Shown here piece after piece: positions 38,860 to 51,272 of a stretch of DNA of 64,000 nt. Origin of the DNA: the human T2T-CHM13v2.0 reference genome, Homo sapiens. Numbering within the stretch: position 1 is the first letter of the stretch; the number at the start of each line of letters is the position of its first letter. The position numbers and the translations under genes are program-made. Location of the stretch: assembly GCF_009914755.1 (NCBI RefSeq), contig NC_060931.1; one strand, given 5' to 3'. The notes under the pieces are model-generated. The model was not told the DNA's origin. It worked only from the letters and a program-made list of their open reading frames with translations, and searched no databases.

Positions 38860-40310
38860 GTTTTAAATGTTCTATTATGAAGTAATTTTAGATTTCCAAA
38901 AAAAGTTATAAGAATTTTACAAAATATTTCCATATTCATATAGATTTTTCAAATGATATTTTTCCACCTTTGATTTCTCTATCTACCCATCAACTGTCCA
39001 TTTTTGAGTATTTGAGAGTAAGTAGCTGACATTATTCATTACCACTAATTACCTCACATACCTCAGGGTATATTTCTTTAAAACAAAGATATTCCCTCAT
39101 ATAACTGCAGGGCACTTTTTGAAATCAAGAGAGCATCATTGATTTAGTACTGTTATCTATATATAGTACTATACATAGGCCTTGTTCAGATGACACCATT
39201 TGCCCTAATCAAGTACTTTATAGTAAAAGGTGATCCTTTTGCAATCAGTTGTGTCTCCTGAGTCTCTTTTAATCTGGGACAGTTCCAGTCTTCGTCTTTT
39301 ATAACATGATAACTCTCAAGAATACAGTCAACTTATGTTTTTAATTAATGATTCTTGATGTTTATCTACTGTTTCCTCATGAATAATTCAGGTTATGTCT
39401 CAAAAAAGAAACAATACTACAGAAGTAACGTACTATTCCCAGTGTGTCATATCAGAAGGCACTTAATGTTGGTAAAGGTGGTGTCTGCAAAGTTTATCCA
39501 CTTTCAGGTTGCTATTTTTCACTTTGTAACTAATAGATATCTTGTGATAGGATACTTTGAGGCCAGCTAGGTAAATGTCTTATTTCTCATTAAACGTCCC
39601 CTCACTAGTTTTGGCAAATGTTTTTATGTCACTTCAAAATTCCTATGTAGAAATCCTAACTCCCAATATGATGGTATTAGAAGATAGGGCATTTGTTAGG
39701 TGATTAGGTCATGAGAGTGGAGACCTCATGAATGGAATTAGTGCCCTTATAGCAGAGACTCTGGAGCACTCCCTTGCCCCTTGAGGACACATAAGACATT
39801 TGAGGACACAATGAGATATCCATCTATGAACCCAGGAGCAGGCCCTCAGAAAATGCTGAATTTGCCTGCAGCTTGATCTTGGCCTTCTCAGCCTCAAAAA
39901 CTGCAAGAAATAAATTTCTGTTGTTCTTAGAGTCCACCTAGTTTATGGTATTTTGTTATAGCAGCCTGAACAAACTGAGACAATTGGTGATTTTTGTCTC
40001 ACTCCTTTATCATTTTGATGGTTGCCAAATTATGATTTTCCAATTGTATCATTCTTTATACATCTAATACTACATTGTACTATAAGAAAGAACATTTCTT
40101 CATAATTGGTTGATTACTTGATTAATATTTGCATGGACTCAGGTACTCCTATTTAATGGGTTGTGATTTCTTATGGTCATTATATTGATGCTCAAATTGT
40201 TCCAGATTTAACTAGTGGGAGCCCTTTCAAAATACCTCTTAGGATTTTGTAACGTGTCCTCATTATTATTTAAGTATGTCTTTACTTTCTTGCATTACAG
40301 CATTACAAGA
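38860..40310 (-). mobile_element. L1MC5/4-like 3' fragments, split by MLT1A
   Basis: gtctcttttaatctgggacagttcc...; gatgctcaaattgttccagatttaactagtgggagccctttca. Confidence 0.7.
39609..39982 (+). mobile_element. MLT1A-type solo LTR
   Basis: aaattcctatgtagaaatcctaactcccaatatgatggtattag...gaaataaatttctgttg...atagcagcctgaacaaactgagaca. Confidence 0.9.
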
Positions 40311-40547
40311 TGTTTCATTCACAGGCTTTGAAGTTCGTAGCACAGAACTTCTTTCCCTTTGATGTTACCCATTTATGATACCCTATGTCCGACATTTTGT
40401 CTCTACACAGACACCAGAATGCTTACTTGACTTTATCGCCACCAGATTCTTGAGCCTCTTCTATGATTCCAGGACCCCTGATTGGATGTGCTCTATTTCC
40501 TCTATTTTTAAACCTGTCAGATATTATCTTTGCTTTTCTTAACTTAC

Positions 40548-40663
40548 CACTCTATAACATGGGGTATGATCCTGTACCCTGTGTGCCTTTGATAAGTATT
40601 GGTGGACTGATGGTCATGCACAGAAGAGCTTGCCGCACTATAACCCTCAGGAAGAACAGCAAG
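40548..40663 (-). pseudogene. Fossil exon G (116 nt, phase 0>2): LAVLPEGYSAASSSVHDHQSTNTYQRHTGYRIIPHVIE(W)
   Basis: atgttttag|C acceptor, consensus donor GTG|gtaagt, open frame; TG+G gives Trp with the next exon. Confidence 0.65.
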
Positions 40664-41508
40664 CTAAAACATATGACCTAACTTCTACAGTTTTTTAGCA
40701 TCACAAGAACATGCAGGGCACATTATTTTGAATGAGGACACTCAGACCATTAAATGTCAAAGTAGCCTAATTGTTAACGGGACACATGTAGTGAGAAAAA
40801 TGTGTTTGTACTTGTTGAACAGAAGACAAATGTAGCCGAAAGTATTTAATATTGAAATACAGCTTAATCAGGTGCTTTAAACAATTAAGCCATATAATTT
40901 ATTAAAGCATGGCTCTGAGTTTAAGTATCAACACTCTTCCTCTCCCATTCTGTTCATCCTTTGGAAGCCTACCTTCCTATCCCCATTTTGTTTAGTCACC
41001 TTTGGCTTGAAGTTGACCAGTATTCAGTGGCTAGTGGCTTCTATCTTATGGCAAGAGAAGGAAAAGAGATGAGAAGTAAAAGACAAAAATAATAGAGAAA
41101 ATATTTAAAGGATTTGAAGCAAAGCATCTGAGGATATAGGTACTGTTTAGCAAATCTGAATATATTGCAACATTATTGCAAGGAAGGAGAGATATGTTAG
41201 GGAATTTCAGCACTAAAGATGGTCTACTTTTAGCAGACACATAAAGATAATTTCATTTGAATTTTTAAATTTCCTTTGGCATACAATATGTTCTTTGCTA
41301 AGAGAAAATACCTTTCATATGTCATTCTAGGCATTCTTCAACACAAAGCAGGACAAGATGTATTTTAAGGTAAAGAGTACAGACACTGGAATCAGTAGGA
41401 GTTGCTGTTTCCATTCATTAGTTTTGAGACCTTGAGCAAGACTATGAATGTCAGTTTCCTCATGTTAAAACAGGGATGATAATACTTATTTTGTTATGTG
41501 CTGTAAAG

Positions 41509-42295
41509 CAGAGGTCTCCAACCCCCGGGGCCATGGACTGGTACAGGTCTGTGGCCTGTTGGGAACTGGGCCACACAGCAGGAGGTGAGTGAAGCTTCAT
41601 CTGTATTTACAGCCACTCCTCATCACTCGCATTACCACCTGAGCTCTATCGCCTGTCACATCAGCAGCATTAGGTTCTCACAGGAGCACAAACCCTATGG
41701 TGAACTGCTCATGTGAAGGATCTAGCTTATGTTCTCCTTGTGAGAATCTAATGCCTGATGATCTGTCCCCATCTCCCATCGCCCCCAGATGGGAGCATCT
41801 AGTTGCAAGAAAAGAAGCTCAGGGCTCCCACTGAATCTACATTATGATGAGCTGTATAATTTTTTTTTTTTTTTTTTTTTTTAGAGAGTCTCACTCTGTC
41901 GCCTAGGCTGGAGTGCAATGGCATAATCTCTGCTCACTGCAACTTCCATTTCCCAGGTTCAAGCAACTCTCTTCCTCAGCCTCCCAAGCAGCTGGGATTA
42001 CAGGCACCTGCCACCATGCTGGGCTAATTTTTAGTATTTTTAGTAGAGATGGGTTTTGCCATGTTGGCCAGCCTGATCTTGAACTCCTGACCTCAGGTGA
42101 TCCACCTGGCTTGGCCTCCCAAAGGTGAGCTGTATAATTATTTTATTATATATCATGATGTAATAATAATGTAAATAAAGTGCACAATAGATGTAATGCA
42201 TTTGAATTATCCCAAAACCACCCCACCACCCAGTCCGTGGAAAAATTGTCTTCCACAAAACCAGTCCCTGGTGCCAAAAAGGTTAGGGACAGCTA
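41509..42295 (+). mobile_element. MER1A hAT DNA transposon, split by an Alu
   Basis: TIRs cagaggtctccaacc / ggttagggacagcta; imperfect 8-bp TSD ctgtaaag/ttgtaagg. Confidence 0.92.
41862..42124 (-). mobile_element. AluS, slightly 5'-truncated, 14-bp TSD
   Basis: TSD tgagctgtataatt at 41848-41861 and 42126-42139; poly(T). Confidence 0.97.
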
Positions 42296-42533
42296 TTGTA
42301 AGGGATAGAGTCCTTATGTGTATAAATCTTTGAGTCATGTGCCTACAACACAGTAGGTGCTTAACAAATGTTGCTACTACACAAGCAGATCCCAGAATTC
42401 CATGCTGGCAAAATCCTCTGAAGGTGTTATTTATAAAACAAAATAAGACAAGCATGTCTCCAGGCCTTTTCTTGGAGATTTTGATTCACTCATTCTGGGA
42501 ATAGAACTGATAATATCTTCATTTCTTTTTTAA

Positions 42534-42801
42534 AGTACTTTGGGAGGCTGAGGTGGGTGGATCACAAGGTCAGGAGTTCAAGACCAGCCTGGCCAAGATG
42601 GTGAAACCCCATCTCTACTAAGAATACAAAAAATCAGCCGGGCATGGTGGCTGGCGCCTGTAATCCCAGCTACTCGGGAGGCTGAGGCAGAGAGTTGCTT
42701 GAACCCAGGAGGTGGAGGTTGCAGTGAACTGAGATGGCGCCACTGCACCTCAGCCTGGGCGACAGAGCGAGACTCCATCTCAAAAAAAAAAAAAAAAAGA
42801 A
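42534..42801 (+). mobile_element. AluS (Sg-like), 5'-truncated
   Basis: ggatcacaaggtcaggagttc...ggccaagatggtg; poly(A). Confidence 0.95.
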
Positions 42802-42939
42802 CCTCTTATAGTGAATACCTTAGATGATTCTTACCAACAGTGAAAATAGGCAAACCCATAACAGAGCACTCATACAGCATAAGCCTGATAGAAATGGAGG
42901 TTGCCAGAACTAATAAGACTAATACCCATATGATCGTAA

Positions 42940-44163
42940 TGCCAATGATCTATTTCTAAGCCATACTTTCTCTAAGCTCCTATCCCCTTTTTATCTCACT
43001 GTCCAATTTACATGTTGTATATGCCTTTGAAACTGGAATACTCACATTGAACTTGGCCTTTCTCTTCATCCTCCACCTCCCAAAGAAGAAAGTCGCTTCT
43101 TCTCATTATTTCCATTTTCAGGTAGAAGCACAACCATCTTTCCATTAAAAAGATGGAGATGAAGGGAGGGCATCTTCATTCCTTCTTTTTCTCTTCTTAA
43201 CTGGTCCCTTATCCCCAGTCTTGCTAATATCTTAATACCAGAGTAATCCTTGTAAAATACAAAACTAGCCATGTTCGGAAATCTACAGTGCCCTCCTATA
43301 ATCTTCAGAATAAAATGCAAACTTCTCAGGGAAGCATTTGAGGCTTTATGATCTGACCATTGCCTCTCTTTCTTCAGGCTCACCTCCTACATTATTCCTT
43401 CCTTACCCTTCTCCCCAGCTAGACCACATTACTTGCTGCTCCCCAGAGGTGCAGCCTCATATCTACTTGACTTTGCAGTTGTTGGTGACTATGGTCTATT
43501 TGTGTTCTCCTAAAATTTATATGTTGAGATCCTCGTTCTCAAGGTGATGATATCAGGAGGTGGGGCCTCTGGTAGGTGATTAGATCGTAAGTGCAGAGCC
43601 CTTGTGCATGGTATTAGTGCCTTTATAAAAGATGGCCCAGAAAGTTGCTTTGTTCCTTACACCATCCCACGAAGCAACAAGAAACAGGCCCTCAAAAGAC
43701 ACTAAATCAGCCAGCACCTTAATCTTGAACATTCCAGGATCTAGAGATATGAGAAATAAATTTCTGTTGTTTATAAGCCATCCAGTCTAGGGTATTTTTG
43801 TTACAGCAGCCAGAATAGACAGACACTGGCCTTTTTTCTGCAATTTTCTCTATTATTGCAGTTGCTACATTTTACCCAACCCAGCAAAGTCTTCCATCAT
43901 TAGTCTCCTAAATAGCTCCAAAGTATCCTTCCAGACCAAGAACAAGCATTGCATCCTCATGTCTGTTCACCAGTCTCATATGATATTCTCTTTTCCCATA
44001 GCTCTGACCATGCTATATTCTAACCATCAATTTTCTAATTTATCTTCTTCTAAACTGGGAGAAACTTGAGGTGAACTATCTTAATTATCTTTATTTTCTC
44101 AATTACTTGAAAAATCTCTGGTATATGGAAGGTATTCACTAAATGCTTGTTGAATGAATGAAC
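42940..44163 (+). mobile_element. L2 fragments with embedded MLT1A LTR (about 43485-43825)
   Basis: cttcagaataaaatgcaaacttct; 3' end aaatgcttgttgaatgaatgaa; MLT1A ggtgatgatatcaggaggtggggcc...gagaaataaatttctgttgtttataagcc. Confidence 0.8.
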
Positions 44164-45007
44164 AATGAGAGCAATAAATATTCCTTATTTATCCACTCAA
44201 AATTCACACTAACAGTTAAGTTAGGCGTAGTGACATTAAACAATTACTAATATTTCACTCTAACTATAATACATAGATTTGTCCTAATTTCAGGCACATT
44301 CTGAGGATATTCCTAAGGGTAAGTGATTAAAAATAAAGAATGCCTCTTCAAGATTCTACAAGAAAAATCTAGATTATTCTCATTTGTAATCCACATAAAT
44401 TCTGGAAATTAGAAGTGGGAATGTTTCAGAGATGATTCCTAAGTCTATTTCAGCAGATGTAGAGAGGACAGCCAGGATTTCATCTGCCCCACTTAGTTCA
44501 CTTTTACTTCATGGATCTTCCGATCACAAGTGACAACTTACACTTAATTATTTCTTCCTGTCACTAATGTGAAGAGACAGACTCCTGTCAGTAGAAAACG
44601 GCTTAGGAGAAATGATTCAGAAAGAAAAAAAAATTATAACTTCTTATGTAAGTGTCCAAGCAGTGTACTCTTATTGATTTTTTACTAGTGAACAAAATTT
44701 CTAATTGGTATAGTCACTACTTTTGTAGGTAATGGGAAAAATATGTAGACCTTGGTGATTTGCACGTCAATTCCTTGAGGAAAATATCTCAGGAAAATGC
44801 AAAAGAGGTGGCAAATTTACAATGTGTTTCTTGAAGTCATTTAAGCCTTTTCCTCCAATTGGAATGAAATTTATACTCTGGAAGCAAATAGGCGTTTCAC
44901 TCTAACAGGAATCATTATAGCAAGGAATTTGGTGCAACAAAGGTCTTTTGATTTTTTCGAGGAGGCTTACCTCCTAATAAATACATCTTCATAACACACT
45001 ATCCTAC

Positions 45008-46454
45008 TGTGTCCAGAATTGGTGGGTTCTTGGACTCACTGACTTCAAGACTGAAGCTGCCGACCCTCGCGGTGAGTATTACAGTTCTTAAAGATGGTGT
45101 GTCTGGAGTTTGTTCCTTCTGATGTTCGGACGTGTTCGGAGTTTCTTCCTTCTGGTGGGTTCATGGTCTCGCTGGCTTCAGGAGTGAAGCTGCAGACCTT
45201 CGCAGTGAATGTTACAGCTCTTAAAGCGGCGCGCGTCTGGAGTTGTTCGTTCCTCCCATCCGGAGTTGTTCATTCCTCCCATCCGGAGTTGTTCATTCCT
45301 CCTGGTGGGTTCGTGGTCTCGCTGGCCTCAGGATTGAAGCTGCAGACCTTCGCGGTGACTGTTACAGCTCATAAAGGCAGTGCGGACCCAAAGAGGGAGC
45401 AGCAGCAAGACCTGTTGCAAAGAACAAAAGACCAAAGCTGACACACGGTGGAAAGAGACCCAAGTGGGTTGCCACTGCTGGCTCCGGCAGTCAGCTTTTA
45501 TTCCCTTATCTGGCCCCACCCACATCCTGCTGATTGGTCCATTTTACAGAGAGCTGATTGGTCACTTTTACAGAGAACTGATTGGTCCGTTTTGGCAGAG
45601 TGCTGATTGGTACGTTTATAATCCCTGAGCTAGACACAACAGTTCTCCAAGTCCCCACGAGATTAGCTCGACACAGAGCACTGATTGGTGCATTCACAAA
45701 CCTTGAGCTAGACACAGGGTGCTGATTGGTGCATTTACAAACCTTGAGCTAGACACAAAGTGCTGATTGGTGTATTTACAATCCTTTAGCTAGACATAAA
45801 AGTTCTCCAAGTCCCCATCTGACTCAGGAGCCCAGCTGGCTTCCCCTAGTGGATACCCTGCTGGGGCTGCGGGTGGAGCTGTCCACCAGTCCAGCACCAC
45901 ATGCCTGCACACCTTAGCCCTTGGGCGGTTGATGGGACTGGGCACCTTGGAGCAGGGGGTGGCACCCGTCGGGGAGGCTCAGGCTGTGAGGGAGCCCACG
46001 GGGCGGGGGGAAAGAGGGGGGTGGCTCTGGCATGGCAGGCTGCAGGTCCTGAGCCCTACCCCACGGGGAGATGGCTGAGGCCCTGTGAGAATTCAAGTGC
46101 AGCGCAGTCTGGCCAGCAGTACTGGGGGACCCAGCACACCCTCTGGAGCTGCTGGCATGGGTGCTAAGCCCCTCACTGCCTGGGGCCAGAGGCACCGGCC
46201 AGCTGCTCCGAGTGTGGGGTCTGCAAAGCCCACACCCACACGGAACTCAGGCACAGCCCTGGTTCCTGCCTGCGCCTCTCCCTCCACACCTCCCTGCAAG
46301 CAGAGGGAGCTGGCTTCGGCTTCAGCCAGCCCAGAGAGAGTCTCCCACAGTGCAGCGGCAGGCTGAGGGGCTCCTCAAGTGAGGCCAGAGTGGGCGCTGA
46401 GGCCGAGGAGGTGCAGAGAGTGAGAGAGGGCTGCCAGCATGCTGTCACCTCTCA
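45008..46454 (-). mobile_element. Solo LTR12 (ERV9; LTR12C/D/E-like), 1447 bp
   Basis: Minus-strand tgagaggtgacagc...ccaattctggacaca; 4-bp TSD CTAC (45004-45007 / 46455-46458); tandem ctgattgg (CCAAT) subrepeats. Confidence 0.96.
45490..45790 (-). promoter_or_regulatory. LTR12 U3 promoter: array of CCAAT (NF-Y) boxes and AATAAAA TATA-like box
   Basis: Seven ctgattgg copies between 45530 and 45770; ttttatt at ~45496. Confidence 0.75.
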
Positions 46455-46883
46455 CTACTGTTGCTTGAATCCATTCTATAGATAAGTTTTTTATTAGGCT
46501 TTCCTTCAACAGAATGTTTCCTATGAGAGCAGTGATATCATCTGTCTTGTTTACTTGCATACTAATAACACAACAGTACTAAGTATTATATCCATACACA
46601 AACACTTTGTTTGGAAAGTTCAAGTTATGATAGTTAATGGTATGGATAAAGAACAATTAGGACATTTGTTAGGTATCCTCTGTATAATTTTCCAAGTAAA
46701 TTTAATAGCTTAAATATCAATGTAACATACCATGAATTAATAATGGACTGGGAGTGAACATTAATGATGAACATTTACATTGCACCATATGTACTTTTCA
46801 GTTTTATATCAATTAGTAAGATTAAACAACCTTTCCTTCATCTACCTCTTATTAAGACAAAACACTTGATTAGTAATTTTATT

Positions 46884-48185
46884 TTCTTTGGCTTTCTACC
46901 TAGAAGTGCTAGATTATATGGTAATTCCATTTTTAATTTTTTGAGAAACTTCCATACGTTTTCACATAATGACTGTAACAATTTACATTTCCACCAACAA
47001 TGTATATGGGTTCCCTTTTCTTCACATTTTTACCTCAAAAACACTTGTTACCACTTGTCTTTTGATAATAGCCATCTTAATAAGTGCGAGATGATATTTT
47101 GCTGTGGTTTTGATTTGCATTTCTCTGATGATCGGTAATGTCGAGTACTTTTTTTACACATGTTGGCCATTTTTGTATTTTATTTGGAAAAATATCTATT
47201 CAGGACCTTTGCTCATGTGTAAATCAAGTTATTCAGGAATTTTTTGGGTTTTTTTGCTATTCATTTGTATGAGTTTCTTATATATATTGGATCTTAGCCT
47301 CTTATCAGATATATGGTTTGCAAATATTTTCTCCCATTCTGTGGGTTGCCTTTTTATTGTTGATTGTTTTCTCTATTGTACAGAAACTTTCTAGTTTTAT
47401 GTAGTTCCACTTTCTTATTTTTGCTTGTATTGCTTGAACTTTTGGTGTCATATATAATGTTATACAGTTTTTCCCCTGTTTCATTCTAGGAGTTTTATAG
47501 TTTTAGTTCTTATGTTTAAATCTTTAATTTATTTTGAGTTTTGTGTATATATTCAAAGAAAATGAAATTACTGTCTCAAAGACGTATCTACATTTTTCAC
47601 AATAACCAAGATATAGAATCAACCTAAGTGTCTGTCGATGGATGAATAAAGAAATTATGATATATATACACAATGAATTATCAGCCAGCCTTTAAAACGA
47701 AGGAAAGCCTGTCACTTTAAACAACGTAAATTAACCTGGAGGACATTATGTTAAATGAAATAATCCAGACATAGAAAGATGGTTCATGATCTTGCTTATG
47801 TGTGGAAACTATAAAAGACAAAAATCAAATACAAAGAGACAGAATAGAATAGTGGTTGTGGGGCAGGGGGGCAGAGGGGCAGGTTGGGGGAAATGGGGAG
47901 ATGTTGGTCAAAGGGTACAAACTTTCAATTATAAGATGAAAAAGTTCTGGTGACAGCATGATGCCTATCAATCATTAATAATAATGTATATTTGAAATTT
48001 GCTAAGAGAATACATCTTAAGTATTCCCACCATAAAAAAAGGTAACTATGTGAAGTGATTGATATGTTAATTAGCTTGATGGTGCTAATCATTTCAGAAT
48101 GTATACATGTATCAAAACATCACATTGTGTACCTTATGTATACAATTTTTATTTGCCAATTATACCTCATTAAAGCCAAAGAGAA
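46884..48185. mobile_element. L1MA (about L1MA9) insertion with 5' inversion: minus part 46884-~47542, plus part ~47543-48185
   Basis: Both parts meet at the same L1 position (...caaagaaaat); degenerate TSD aaaacacttgattag / aaaaagcttgatttag. Confidence 0.8.
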
Positions 48186-49426
48186 AAAGCTTGATTTAGA
48201 CCTACTCAGTTTTGCTTCTTGATGAAAAGAAAGATTAATTTATTTGTTCCTCCCTGCTGTGACTAGTCAACACAGCTTGCAGTTTAAAAACTAAAAAATA
48301 CACTTACATAATAGAGCTATCAAATTATAAGATTTTTTTTACTAATTCAAAAATACATGTATAATGAATAGAATGAATGGCTTAAGACCTTTTCTCCCCC
48401 ACATTAGTAGATGGGCTTTAACATTTCCATAGGAGGCTTGGATTTCCAATTTTTCCATGCTCATTAGACCATAATGGTCCCTTATCACTGCTGGCATTGT
48501 CAGAGATTGGACAGAAGTTCAGCAAAGCTGCGCATTAATTAGGCAAAGGTGTCAATGTCCTCCTCAGAGCTCTGCATACACAGCTGTGGCAGTACTGCCA
48601 GCTCTCCCAAGAGAGCGGAATAGCAGGAGTTAGACATTTTGTATCGTTTACATTTAAAACAAGGAAGTGGGAAATGTTAATATTTTCAAAAGCTTTTAAG
48701 ATCCTGTGAGATAGTCATTCATTTTCCCCCATGTTTTAGTTTATCCATAATCATTTTCATCAGCAGGATACAGTGGGGGTTACAATACTGTGAATTCACC
48801 ATGTCAAGGTATTCTTTGTTTCAGAATTAAGGCTTTTGTATTTGTATATTCAGAGAGGAAAACCAAAATTTAAGTTTTTATTATAGTCAAAGACTGAAGA
48901 GCACTTTTTAGTCAGGACTTTCTCAATTGCAAAGAATATAAACCAAACTCAAAGTAGATTCAGGAGAAAAGGGGAAATGTTGGTTGACATGATACAATTA
49001 TAAAGAGGGCAACAATGAAATCGCCCTGGGGAATAACTTGAGGCAGAGGTTTTCATATTTCAGAACTTGTGTTCTCATCCTCTTTTGTTTTCAGTTTTAA
49101 ACTGGTGTACTCCATAGACTTGTCCTCCAAGACCTCCAAACTTATCTTAAGTAGCTTCACAGCCATAGAAGAAAGAAGCTTCTCTCCCAACTCCAGTTGG
49201 GAACTATTCAAAGGAAAAAGAAAAATAAACCGCAAAAGAACAGTGATGATCTCTGACTAAAGCAGCCTTAGTCCAGAGCAAATATTGACAAATACAAAAA
49301 TAAATGTTCAGATCATGCTTCTATTCTGAGGCATGATCTTTGTTAGTTTAAAATCCTGTGTGATACAAGTCACCCTAAAGAAAATCATTGATTTCAAAAT
49401 ATACAGAAAGAGACACTTTTCTTAAA

Positions 49427-49720
49427 GAAACCATCATTCTCAGCAAACTATTGCCAAGGACAAAAACACAAACACCGCATGTTCTCACTCATAGGTGGGA
49501 ACTGAACAATGAGAACACTTGGACACAGGAAGGGGAACATCACACAATGGGGCCTGTTGTGGGGTGGGGGGAGGGGGGGAGGGATAGCATTAGGAGATAT
49601 ACCTAATGTAAATGATGAGTTAATGGGTGCAGCACACTAACATGGCACATGTATACATATGTAACAAACCTGCACATTGTGCACATGTACCCTAGAACTT
49701 AAAGTTTAATTAAAAAAAAA
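49427..49720 (+). mobile_element. L1PA (about PA4-5) 3' end
   Basis: gaaaccatcattctcagcaaacta...gggatagcattaggagatatacctaatgtaaatgatgag...cctagaacttaaag, A-tail. Confidence 0.95.
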
Positions 49721-49764
49721 GCTCCGCCTCCCAGGTTCACACCATTCACACCATTCTCCTGCCT

Positions 49765-49797
<33 letters not shown>
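49721..49797 (-). mobile_element. 48-bp antisense Alu (AluY/Sc-type) fragment followed by a sense 29-nt poly(A)
   Basis: gctccgcctcccaggttcacaccattcacaccattctcctgcctcagc, then A29 and gct. Confidence 0.85.
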
Positions 49798-49801
<4 letters not shown>

Positions 49802-51272
49802 ATTACTTCACGAAGGAACAACGTATTTTTCTTTTAAAAATAGAATAGATTAATAAAGAGATAATAATAAAATGTAAAAGAATTCCTCTAATTGAATTCC
49901 CTTGAAGTTGGAAAAACTGCCCCTTTTCCCTTTCTTGCCACACAAATTCATTAAACATTGTAATTTTATTGAGAAGCATTAACAGGTTATGAGGTTCTAG
50001 AGGCCCAAAAATATAAAGTCTTAATATGAATCACAAGGAGACTTAATACAGAAATAAAATCAGAGAGAACTCTGAGTGGCAGAAAAATTCTGAGGGATTC
50101 TGAATTTTCTCATTCCAGATTCTGTACTAAGCCCCTGGCATAATGTACTCAGGGCAGAAATAGAACTGGTCAGGTAATTGCCTAATGACTCCTTCTAGTT
50201 TTCATTTTGTCACCATTAAAAAACATCTCCTGAGACTTGGAACTATTTTTACTTAGTCAAATTTAATTTTCTCATGTTCCCTTCCACAAAGAGCCTACAT
50301 ATCAAGAGAAGTAATAAAAATAATTAGTGTACATTTCTCTGTTAATTGATGTTTATAGCTGGGATCAAGGAGGAGTCTATCCATATCCTATTTTGTGTAT
50401 CAAAGGAGACAAAAAGATTCCTGGACTATAAACACCAGAACCACTCTGAGTTCATCTTTCCAGTGTGCTGCTGCAGCATAAGAAGGGCTAAAACTTGGAA
50501 GCAGACTGAAAGATACTGTAATAGTGGTCTCTTAAACATTTTTTTTTTTTTTGAAGAAGAAAGATATCGTGGGTTTTGCTTTTGCTTTTTTCTATGAAAA
50601 AAGCAGGACCTATACAACGATGGTCTCTTTCTGTCAAATTCCATAAGAAAGGAAAAGTTAGAACTCTGAAGAAATGAGTTAACCCTCTGGGAAATTACTT
50701 TACTAGCTAAGTTAAAGGTAAGCTGAGATCATAGATAAGTATTAAAATGAGAAAGGGTACAGTAACATTTTTAACTCCAACAGTTGAGGAACTCTGAAAA
50801 AAACTTGAGAGAAAAAACCCTCTGTTTAAATCTGTAAGGAACAGAAGAATTAAGATTCATAATTGTTACAGGTTAATGAAGATGCTCTCTTATTTTACCC
50901 AAATATTTGTGGTCTTTTAAACTTTGCTCAAAGTTACCTAATCTTTAAAATATATCATTTTCATATTATCATTTGCTACAAATTTTATAATATAAAAGTA
51001 CATGATTATTTATTTAGGACAGTTTATAACATTCTAAAATATTTTTAAATTTTATTTTGTATAGTTGAATTCTGGCGAGGTTGCATATTTTTTCAATCAG
51101 CTTTTTTGTGACCTGTTGATTCATTCAAGTTATTTCTCAACTGTCTATTGTGGTTTTTATGTCTTTTTGTTTTGTTTTGTTTTGTTTTTACTGATTTGAT
51201 AAACAGATTAGTAGGAATGGGGAAACTTTGTTATTATTCCTGCTGAAATATCCTAATATGAATACATGTTTT

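Larger units (their letters stand above)
41365..42378 (+). mobile_element. MIR split by MER1A (41365-41508 and 42304-42378)
   Basis: gaccttgagcaag...tcagtttcctcatgttaaaacagggatgataata; resumes ...gtgcctacaacacagtaggtgcttaacaaatgttgct. Confidence 0.75.

Noticed and set aside
45094-46560. Cluster of overlapping GC-rich ORFs and tandem subrepeats superficially like a repeat-spacer array
   Set aside because: All within LTR12; the repeats are its normal U3/U5 subrepeats, not CRISPR.
50410-50505. Minus-strand acceptor with open frame LLPSFSPSYAAAAHWKDELRVVLVF
   Set aside because: No good donor and phase incompatible with the F>G join; left out of the model.
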